A stretch of 64,000 bases of DNA from Octopus vulgaris (Eukaryota): assembly GCA_951406725.2 (NCBI GenBank), contig OX597832.1:50220001-50284000 (forward strand), written 5' to 3'. How positions within the stretch are numbered: position 1 is the first letter of the stretch; every line of letters starts with the position of its first letter. The position numbers were made by a program, and so were the translations under genes. Shown here in pieces: positions 53,578 through 64,000 of this stretch. The notes beneath the pieces were generated by a model. That model searched no databases. It was not told where the DNA came from and saw only the letters and a program-made list of their open reading frames with translations.

Positions 53578-53979
53578 CTCTTTACTCTCTTACTCTTTTA
53601 CTTGTTTCAGTCATTTGACTGTGGCCATGCTGGAGCACCACCTTTTAGTCGAGCAAATCGACCCCAGGACTTATTCTTTGTAAGCCTAGTACTTATGCTA
53701 TCAGTCTCTTTTGCTGAACCGCTAAGTTACAGGGACATAAACACACCAGCATCGGTTGTCAAGCGATGTTGAGGGGACAAACACATACACACACATATAT
53801 ATATATACATATATACGACGGGCTTCTTTCAGTTTCCGTCTTCCAAATCCACTCACAAGGCTTTGGTCGGCCCGAGGCTATAGTAGAAGACACTTTGCCC
53901 AAGGTGCCACGCAGTGGGACTGAACCCGGAACCATGTGGTTGGTAAGCAAGCTACTTACCACACAGCCACTCCTGCGCC
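53575..53979 (-). mobile_element. SINE family B, full-length
   Basis: Reverse complement is collinear with 35828-36246. Confidence 0.85.
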
Positions 53980-53986
53980 TATAGTG

Positions 53987-54022
<36 letters not shown>

Positions 54023-54121
54023 TTGTATTTGAGCACAAGGTTACTAATTTATATGGAAGGAGCAAAAAAGTCTGTGTTGTTTATTCTCTTTGATGGCTCT
54101 CTCTCTCTCTCTCTCTCGCTT

Positions 54122-54192
<71 letters not shown>

Positions 54193-54534
54193 CATTGAAA
54201 AATGTAAACAAAATGAATTGGTTCCATTCAGAATACAAAATTCTTTTGTGGACCCACTTTGTTTAGAGCTTTGTTCTTTCTCCCTAGTTCTCACCAAACG
54301 GATTTTTAAAACCCTTTTAATTACTATGCTTCTGTTACAAAAACACTCTGTTTCATTTAAATTTGAAGATAATGAAGAATTTGATTAAAATAACTCCGTC
54401 ATTTTAAGGCTGCTGTTTGTTATGCAAATTAATCTGGAATTGTGATGGAGGGTTTTAATTTAGATTAATTTAAAATCGGAAATTTGTATTATAGGACCAG
54501 AAGCCAGTGTTAGGTGGTTTGGTATCGAAAGGAT

Positions 54535-54758
54535 GGCGAGCTGGCAGAAACGTTAGCATACCGGGTGAAATGTTTAGCAGTATTTCGTCTGTCGCTACGT
54601 TCTGAGTTCAAATTCCGCCGAGGTCAACTTTGCCTTTCAATCTTTCGGGGTCGATAAAGTACCAGTTACGCACTGGGGTCAATATAATCGACTTAATCCG
54701 TTTGTCTGTCCTTGTTTGTCCCCTCTGTGTTTAGCCCCTTGTGGGTAGTAAAGAAATA
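54535..54758 (+). mobile_element. Full-length SINE family A with 14-bp TSD
   Basis: Flanked by ggtatcgaaaggat (54521-54534) and ggtatcaaaaggat (54759-54772). Confidence 0.85.
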
Positions 54759-55214
54759 GGTATCAAAAGGATGGATTAAATATAAAAGATGCAAACCTCT
54801 TCCTGCTCTCTCTCTCTCTCTCTCTCTCCCACATATGTGCAGGCATACACACACACACACACTCGCGCTCATGCATGCACACACATACACACACACACAC
54901 ACACGTGCCTATTTCTAGAGAAAGGGCGCTGTAGTTGATCCAATGAATTGTGGTCTATGCCTGGAGCTTATTTTATTGGCCCTGGAGGAACAAAGGGCAA
55001 AGAAACACTTGAAGGATTTGAACTGTTTCAGTCATTTGACTGTGGCCATGCTGGAGCACCACCTTTAGTCGAGCGAATCAACCCCAGGACTTATTCTTTG
55101 TAAGCCTAGTACTTATTCTATCAGTCTCTTTTGCCGAACCACTAAGTTACAGGGACGTAAACACACCAGCATCGGTTGTCAAGCGATGTTGGGGAGACAT
55201 ACACAGACACACAA

Positions 55215-55301
<87 letters not shown>

Positions 55302-55457
55302 ACTGGCACTTAATTCATCAACCTTGAAAGGATGAAAGGCAAAGTCAACCTCAGAAGAATTTGAACTCAGAGCATAAAGACAGATGAAACACCGCTAACT
55401 GTTTTGCCCAGTGTGCCAACAATTCTAACAAATGATGGTGATAATAATAATAATAAT

Positions 55458-55730
55458 GGGGGAGCATCATAGCCATGTGCTGAGAGGAATTCTTAGAGGT
55501 TTGGATAATCCACCTTTGGAAATATGCGTGGTTAAACAATGGGCTACTCGACCAGAAGAAAATTCTAACTGGGCCCCACCTGCAAGGTCATGCGCTGTTT
55601 ATCTTGATATGAGATCACCATATCGTGCACATATTGTTGTGATGCATGTGCCTGGTAGTCATGATGGGTATACTGGGCTTCGTATATTTTACCCCAGTGT
55701 CACTTTGATGGCATGCACTGCTCTCTCAAT
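55458..55730 (+). mobile_element. 5'-truncated, internally deleted copy of the (AAT)n-targeted retroposon
   Basis: Homologous to the reverse complement of 11056-11390, with (AAT)n on both sides. Confidence 0.75.
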
Positions 55731-56345
55731 CAATGATGATAATAATAATTATAATAATAATAATAATAATGATGATGATAATAATAATAATAATAATCCT
55801 TTCTATTATAGGCACAAGGTTTGAAATTTGGGGGAGGGGACTTGTTGGTTGTGGGAAGTATTTACTATTTATTGAAGATGTTGAATAATATACATAGTAC
55901 CTATTTAACAGGCTACTACGTTGGTGTTCTTATGTAAACCACATTAATCATTCTGTCAAAGTGAAAGCTTTGTTTGCAGAGCCACTCACTAGTGATATCC
56001 GAAACTCTTTGTTGCACGGCTGTTAATGTTAATCTAGTGTTATGTTACTTTGACTCCTGTAACTTCACTATAATACACCGTGCAGTACACTGACAGACAG
56101 GCTATGACTAATAGCCTCGACCTCTTCCTTCTCCTCTCTCAGTAACTCAATGGATTCTCATAAAGAGCTGTCTGTGCGTGACATCAGTTGATAAGTGTAG
56201 CGGTCAACCAGCCCCGATGTTGGCAGTTTGTGTCCTGTTACTGGTGGCCTCAGCTGCTGTTAGCTTTAGTGTCTTTACTTAGTGTCTTGGCATATGATAT
56301 GCAAAGCTAACCAGAACTGAGTTCAGTTAGCTCTGTGAAACATTC

Positions 56346-56738
56346 AATGAAATGCATTGTTTGTTCCTTCTTGAGCCACGCCCGGCTCATAAGGGCCGGT
56401 TTCTCGGTTTCCTTGGCGTATAGGTTCCCCACCTTGATGCGACACCAGTCCGTCGCAGGTGAGCTGCTAGAGAATGAAATGCATTGTTTGTTCCTTCTTG
56501 AGCCACACTTAGCTCATAAGGGCCGGTTTCTTGGTTTCCTTGGCGTATAGGTTCCCCACCTCGACGCAACGACAGTCTGTCACAGGTGAGCTGCTAGACA
56601 TTGAAATGCATTGTTTGTTCCTTCTTGAGCCACGCCTAACTCATAAGGGCCAGTTTCTCGGTTTCCTTGGCGTATAGGTTCCCCACCTCGATGCGACGCC
56701 GGTCCGTCGCAGGTGAGCTGCTAGACAATGAAATGCAT
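56346..56738 (-). repeat. Tandem array of three 127-bp units derived from the SINE C 3' half
   Basis: Unit starts at 56346, 56473 and 56600, with a partial unit at 56727 (exact 127-bp period). The unit is homologous to 23470-23560. Confidence 0.9.
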
Positions 56739-57451
56739 AAAGATCCGAAACTGGGACCAAACACACTAGAGAAAGGAGTGCCATGTAAAAGGCATTGGTG
56801 TTGGTGCCACAAAAAAGGCACACAGTACACTCTGTAAAGTGGTTGGCATTACTGGAAGTGCATCCAGCAGTGGAAACCAGGCCAAAACAGACTGTGGACC
56901 CTGGTGCAGCTCCTGGTTTTGCCAGTCCCTGTCAAGCCATTCAGCCCATGCCAGTATAGAAAGCAGATGTTAAATTATATATATTGCCGTGATCACCGTG
57001 ACTGACCAGGCTATCAGATGCTGCTATACATCACTGGTCACAATGCGCTTCGCATTGTTTTAGCCTTCAAACGACGCCACCTCGCTGGCTAAGTGAGTAG
57101 GCCAACAGAAGAACGAGTGAGAGAAAGTTGTGGCGAAAGAGTACAGCAGGGATCACCACCACCCCCTGCCAGAGCCTCGTGGAGCTTTAGATGTTTTCGC
57201 TCAATAAACACTCACAACGCCCAGTCTGGGAATCAAAACCGCGATCCTACAACTGTGAGTTGAATATAAAATGTTAAAATCCTGCTCATCATCATAATTT
57301 AATATCCATGTTCCATGCTGACATGTGTTGGACGGTTTGACAGTTTCTGATGGGTCCAAGGGCTTCATCATGCTTCAAGGTCCACTTTGACATGGCTTCT
57401 ACAGCTGGATACCCTTTCTAATGCCTGACACTTATATATATATATATATAT

Positions 57452-57641
57452 AGTTGAAATTTACAGAAAAACAAAAGACAAAGACAGGTGTATAAGTAAC
57501 AAGCAAGTGTATTAGTTTGATGCTCGGGAAAGTGCAAAATTCTTTTACGTTTTGTGACTACACTCTTCAACACAAAGGAACCTGAGGAATTAAACAGAGA
57601 AAGAATAAAAGAACTTTTGGATTTAGCAATCAGTCATGGCG
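57452..57641 (-). mobile_element. Degenerate second copy of the 9021-9183 element
   Basis: The reverse complement aligns by eye with 9021-9183 (gaagagtgtag.., ttcccgagc, ctaatac..). It has (TA)n flanks. Confidence 0.5.
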
Positions 57642-59274
57642 ATATATATATTTGTATATATCTATATATATGTACATGTATATATAAATTATATTATATT
57701 GTGTGAAATTTGATTTAGTATTTCTAAATTGAATTTTTTTCCTTGTAAGTTTGGATTTTATTCCCTCAAATAATAATAATTATATATGTATATGTAGATA
57801 TCATAATCATCTACATTTTCAGATTTCAAGCCTGGTGCCTATATTACAAGCAAACGTATTGCCATATATATCGGTGCCACTATATTCGACCATTCTTCTG
57901 TTTGTCTTTGTCCAAAACCATTATGATCATTATTATCATTGTTATTATTATTATTATTATCATCATCATCATCATCTTGAACAGACATTATGGAGTATCT
58001 TAAATTCGTGATAGAAGTGAGTTTTTATCTCAGACTACCTCCACCACCACCACCACCACTCTTGTTACTCTTCCAAAGATTACAGCTGTTCTTTTTGAGA
58101 AAGTCTTTAGAAGTTGTACTTGCTCTTCTCTTCAGACTGAATGAATGAATGTTACCAAGTTCACATTTTCTCTCTGTTTTTTTTTTTTTTTTCTTTTTTC
58201 TTAATCTTGATATTTGCTGTTTTTGGAAAAATGTCCAGCCAAGAGGCTCGAGACACTGTTTCCTGTTAGCGTGAGGAATAATACCTCATACATCGTCTCT
58301 CCACCAGTTCTTTGTTTGTTAGTCTCTCTCTCTCTCTCTTTCTCTCTCCCACCCTCCCTCTCTTTCTTCCTCCCTCCCTCTCTCTCACACATTGACAATC
58401 ACTAAATAGTGTTTTGTTTGTGTCTGTGTATCTACATGCATGATTGTGCAAAACGTCATGCACGCAAGTGTGTTACTGTTTTTGATTGTGCTTATGTAGC
58501 CTTTGTATATGTGTACGCACACAGACACTCACACACACACATGCACACACACACACTACATGTACATATATAGATGCATACACATACATATTTAGATGCA
58601 TACATATACATATATAGATAGATGGAAAGAGAGATGGATAGACAGATATCCCATATACACACATTCTTATAGATCCTTTTGATGTATGAATGCCCATGTT
58701 TTCATGTCCACAAAATTCCTTCTACTCTCCATCTCTCTTCATTTCTCTTTCCCTTTATCCCTTCCTTTCCTCCTCTCTCTCTCTTTTATTTATTTTCTGT
58801 TTTATTCATATTAAGAAACAATAAGAAGTTAAATATGATTCAGGAAAGATCGAGGACAAAGCAAGATTCTGATGCACAAATGCACAAATAATAATGCTAG
58901 CTCTACTCTTACCACTGTCAGAGGTTCGCTCTATACATAGCGGTAGGTATGATGTTAGAAATATCATACCTGCTCGCTTATCCCAAGAATAAAAATAATC
59001 AAATGAATAAGGTTTTGATCTATAACATCGTGTGTCACTTGTTCAGATTAGGTGCAAGTGTTAGCTCTGTGGTTAAGAAGTTTGCATCTCAGCTACATGG
59101 TTTCGGGTTCAGTCCTTGGGTCAGTGTTTCCTTCCATATCCCTGAACATACCAATGAATTATGACCGGATTTTAGCCAATGGAAATTGAACAAAGCCCAA
59201 CATATAAATTCTGCACTATTGTGAAGGATACTTTGCATTAATGCCAGTATGTAAGTGATTTATTTATGGATGTT

Positions 59275-59689
59275 TTACTCTTTTACTCTCTTACTTGTTT
59301 CAGTCATTCGACTGCGGCCATGCTGGAGCATTGCCTTTAATCGAGCAACTTGACCCTGGGACTTATTCATTTTTGTAAGCCCAGTACTTATTCTATTGGT
59401 CTCTTTTGCCGAACCGCTAAGTAACGGGGACATAAACACACCAGCATCAGTTGTCAAGCAATGCTAGGGGGACAGACACACAAACACACATGCGCATATA
59501 TATATATATATATATATACATATATACCACGGGCTTCTTTCAGTTTCCATCTACCAAATCCACTCACAAGGCTTTTGTCGGCCCGAGGCTATAGTAGAAG
59601 ACACTTGCCCAAGATGCCACGCAGTGGGACTGAACCCGGAACCATGTGGTTGGTAAACAAGCTACTTACCACACAGGCACTCCTGCACC
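59275..59689 (-). mobile_element. SINE family B, full-length
   Basis: Reverse complement is collinear with 35828-36246. Confidence 0.85.
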
Positions 59690-59719
59690 TATCACTAAAT
59701 ATAAAAAAAAATTTTTTAA

Positions 59720-60157
59720 CCCTTTAGTATTCACATTATTCAGTCAAAAGTAATGCTTGTTTATTCTCATTGTTTTGAATTAATCATGGATTATCTTGTT
59801 GCTTTGAGATTTTGTTGATGCAACTTAATTTTTAGAATGACTTTCTAGGGTAGGTGTGAGAAAGCACATCTGGCCTGTTTAAACATAAAAGCAGCTGGAA
59901 TACTTCGGTCATATTATGCAGAGAAAATCCCTGGAGAAGGACATCATGCTTGAAATGGTCAGTGGCAAGAGAGGAAGAGGCCGACCAAGAACCCACTGGC
60001 TTGACACCATCAAGAGTGATACCGGAATGGACATAGCCAATCTGAAAGAAGCGACCCAAAATAGAACTGACTGGAGGACACTGATCCAACGAGTAACTGA
60101 GAGTTGACTTTGACTGAGCGGATAGATAGATAGATGGCCAGTTTAAATACTAAAGGG
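59720..60157. mobile_element. piggyBac-like MITE interrupted by an RTE fragment
   Basis: TTAA|CCCTTTAG...CTAAAGGG|TTAA termini, with an interior matching 12695-12915. Confidence 0.75.
59900..60135 (+). mobile_element. 3' fragment of an RTE/BovB-like LINE nested in a MITE
   Basis: Reads YFGHIMQRKSLEKDIMLEMVSGKRGRGRPRTHWLDTIK..EATQNRTDWRTLIQRVT with a (taga)n tail. Confidence 0.85.
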
Positions 60158-60473
60158 TTAAATTTCAAAGCAGAATATATAAGGGCTTGTCTAGATATAC
60201 AGCTACATGAACAGGATCCTTTGGGAGGGATTATGTGTCTTGGTTACAAACACTATACAGAACTCTAGTTAGCATTTAGATTCTGTCTGCTTGGGGCAGC
60301 AGACCAACACCTTAATGAATTAGGGTCACCTGCCAACAAGTGGCAGGCAGATTTATACACCTAGGTGGACTAAGACACTAACTTCATTTATCAATTCATA
60401 CAGATGGCTTCCTGAATTATTTAATTTCAAAACAAAATACATTCATTTTCACTTATGCATCCACACGCACGCG

Positions 60474-60526
<53 letters not shown>

Positions 60527-61708
60527 CACAAACTCATGGATGCACATGCTCACACACATGCATATGCAAAGTATAGTTTTCCACCTGAATTAACTGTTGG
60601 GCCAACAATAGTGCAACCTCATACTCTGCAATCCTTTAACCACTGCATTGGTAATTACAGTAAAGGCTATGCTTTGCTGAGGAGATCAGAATAAGAACGA
60701 AACATGTCCAGAGTTGTTGTGTGTACTTGACTGAAAATGGAAATAATATTTGTCATTGACTAATTGTATTTTTTTTCTTCACTGCATATTTATTTCTAGT
60801 GTTTTTCCCCACTTTTTAAATACTGTATTTCTTAAAAGTACATTGATACTATCCTCACTTGGATGAAAAGCATTGGTAATAAAATGTCTTAGGTATTAAT
60901 ACACAGTATAATATGATACAAAAATCAGGGATGGCACACCAAGCTACATTATTTTGTCAATGCAAATGGTCTCATATTGGTATTATCATTGTTGTTGTTA
61001 AACCCCGGGCCTGTACTAATCAAGTAGACATCCAATTGAAAGCTTACCAACTGCAACAATCTCCTTTGTCTTTCCACACGTAGTGTCTCATAGCACTAGA
61101 TTATCCCGTGTGTCCTTCCTTTCCTTTCTTAAGACGGTAGGACATGATTTGAGAGAAATTTAGCTGCTATTTCTAGCAGAGCAAGCGACCACGTATAGGC
61201 ACCGTTGTTGGCCAGAGGTGGTAACTGGATATAATTAGCAATTCTTGGAGTCAGTTTGTGGTCTGCGGAAGGGAAGTAAACCAAAAATAGCAGCAAGAAC
61301 TTCTTTGAGTTTCTTGCTGGGAAAAATACAATATGTTCTTAAAGACCTTCGCAACCATCAGAATGTGTCTGTGTGTGTGTCTGTGTGTTTGTGTGTGTGT
61401 CTGTGTGTGCATCAATATGTGTTTCAGCACATGTACTTTTTTTTGTTGTCAAGATGTCTGTTTATGTGTGTGGATGTATCGTGTGTGTGTGTGTAGATTT
61501 TGGTGTGTGCTTATTGAGTGGGCTTCTTCCCAAATATAATCACATTTTCTTGGAAACAAATAATCTAATTTGGAATGGCTGCATTTGTTGTCTGTCTGTT
61601 TGTCTAACTGAACAACTTTTTTCTCGCTAGGACTTCCTCTTACTGTGTGTGTTGCCTTCACACTTTCTTACTGTTTTGTTCTTATATATATAAGAACAGA
61701 ACATTTGG

Positions 61709-61749
<41 letters not shown>

Positions 61750-61792
61750 GTATATATGTATATGTATATGTGTATATGTATATATGTATATA

Positions 61793-61823
<31 letters not shown>

Positions 61824-61940
61824 GTGTATATGTATATGTATATATATGTATATATATGTATATGTGTATATATATGTATATGTGTATATGTATATATATA
61901 TGTATATGTGTATATGTATATATATATATGTCTATGTATA

Positions 61941-61982
<42 letters not shown>

Positions 61983-62567
61983 AGAGAGAGAGAGAGAAAG
62001 AGGGACAGACGACAGAAACATATACTTGTGTATATATCTATAAATATATCTTTTGTCTGTTACTTATTTCAATCATTAGACTATGGAGCACTACCTTGAG
62101 TTTTTATTTGAACAAATCAACCCCAGTAGATAGCATTAAAAAAAAAAAACCTGGCACTTATTCTATCAGTCTCTTTTGCCAAACTGCTAAGTTACAAAGT
62201 TGTAAACACACCAACATCAGTCATCAAGTGGTTTAGACGACAAACACAGACGTAAATATGCACACACATGCATATATATATATATATATATATATAGATA
62301 GATGTATTGGCACTTGTGCCAGTGGTATGTGAAAAGCAACATTTGAGTGAGGGCATAGCCAGGGCTGCTGGACTGGCTCCTGTGCAGGTGGCAGTACTGT
62401 TGCCAGTACTGCTTGACTGGCCCTCGTGCCAGTGGCACGTAAAAGCACCCACTACACTCTCGGAGTGGTTGGCGTAAGGAAGAGCATCCATCTGGCTCAC
62501 CAGTCCCCAGTCAAACCGTCCAACCTATGCTAGCATGGAAAGCAGACATTAACTGATGATGATGATG

Positions 62568-62607
<40 letters not shown>

Positions 62608-64000
62608 TACATACATACATACATGTAAGGGCACAAAACTTAGTGGTTAGAGTGTTGCTCTCATGATTGTGAGATCATGATTTCAATTCCTAGATCAGGT
62701 GGTGCATTATGTTCTTGAGCAAAACATTTCATCTCACATTGATTTGCAATCACTTTTCATGTTTTCAAATCTAAAAGTGTTTAGGTACTGAATTATTTAC
62801 GGGACATACTGTAAATTGTGTGTGTATGTACATATATGTGTGTGTGTGTGTGTATGTGTATCTGTGAGCTACACAAATTTACAAAGCCATGCTTAAAAAG
62901 ATGAAAATATGTCAAGCTACAGTAACCTCTGCCTTACAGAAAAATTCCTCATTGTCAGATCCAAAGACCTGCTGAAAAATCTCTCTCAACCCACATTATA
63001 TTGCCTTTAAAAAATGGGACACTCTGAATAATGTAATCTAGGTTCATAAGTTTGCTCAATCAAGCTAAACTTTAGCTCCATATTATCAGCCATCTCCACT
63101 CAAATTCTAAACAAAAATTTGATTGAAATTCAATCTGCTGCCACATATCTAAATTCTTTTTCAATGAAGAATTTGGACTTGTGACAGCATTGAATGCACT
63201 CCAGTTATGTTATGTGAAGGTTAGCCATGTAACCAGCATTAGGTGCCATTTAACATTGTGTGTGCCAGTGCTGGTGTCCCATAAGGAATATCCATTCCAC
63301 ACTGTAAAATGGTTGGCATTAGGAAGGGCATCCAGCTGGAAAAGTCATGCCAAAACAGACCTTGCCAATGCTGGTACCATGTGAAAAGCACCCAGTTCAC
63401 TCTGTAAAGTGGCTGGCATTAGGAAGGACATCCAGCTGTAAAAACCATACTAAAACTGGCCTCTCCAGTGCAGGTGTTACATGAAAAGCACCCAGTCCAA
63501 TCTGTAAGGTGGTTGGCATTAGGAAGGGCATCCAGCTGTAAAAACCATGCCAAATCAGACAGTGGAACTTGGTGCACTCCTCTGGCTTACCAGCTCCTGT
63601 CAAGCTATCCAACCCATGCCAGCATGGAAAACAGATGTCCAATGATGATGATGAGATAGGTACAAGTGTGTCAGTCAAGGATGGCTCCATGCATACATAC
63701 CAAAAATAAGTATAACCATCATTTGCAAACGAATACAACTTGGTAGTTGTTTTGTTTTAGGTGCCTCTGTAGTCCTGGGTAGATATAGGCATCTTTTCAG
63801 CTGTCCCTCCCTTGGCCCAGCAGTGGATTGAAAATATGACGGACAGCTGGAGGTAGAGAGATTTACAGTGATTAGAGCTGAGCACAGTGGAGTTAATGAG
63901 AAATGAAGTGCATTGCCGAACTAGCCACTCAGGCTGGAAATTGAACCCATGACATTATGATTGTGAACCCAACACCTTAACCCTTTCATGACTGTATTTA

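Noticed and set aside
56346-56738. 127-bp array as a hammerhead/retrozyme multimer or CRISPR-like array
   Set aside because: The - strand cttatgag..ctc lacks the GAAA/UH core. Units have no unique spacers and derive from a SINE tail.
57833-57920. Acceptor-like ttttcAG as the next RYK exon
   Set aside because: The translation (DFKPGAYITSKRI..) does not match the expected FRVxLxCTG segment and there is no good donor. The next exon is probably beyond the window.

Overview
This is eukaryotic, AT-rich DNA saturated with microsatellites and SINEs. The repeat landscape strongly resembles an octopod cephalopod (Octopus sp.), though that assignment is an inference. The only host coding sequence I can support is two + strand exons (12096-12223 and 47619-47718) that splice in frame and encode part of the WIF domain of a RYK/Derailed receptor tyrosine kinase. 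They are separated by a 35.4-kb intron, and the neighbouring exons appear to lie outside the window. Almost all ORFs in the six-frame track are simple-repeat or SINE artefacts. The introns hold at least five SINE-like families, 3' fragments of RTE, CR1 and R4/Dong LINEs, piggyBac- and hAT-like MITEs, and a decayed Naiad/Chlamys-type Penelope-like element (PLE; RT plus GIY-YIG, about 43795-45260) that the ORF track largely misses. The most striking signal is a set of short non-coding elements carrying type I hammerhead-ribozyme (HHR) motifs, most of them sitting in (TA)n tracts. These include a 438-bp near-perfect palindrome with an HHR on each strand and an ~890-bp nested foldback whose HHR stem II is expanded up to ~290 nt. 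A second notable signal is an inverted repeat, seen nowhere else in the window, that brackets the 100-nt RYK exon. All calls were made by eye; no searches were run.
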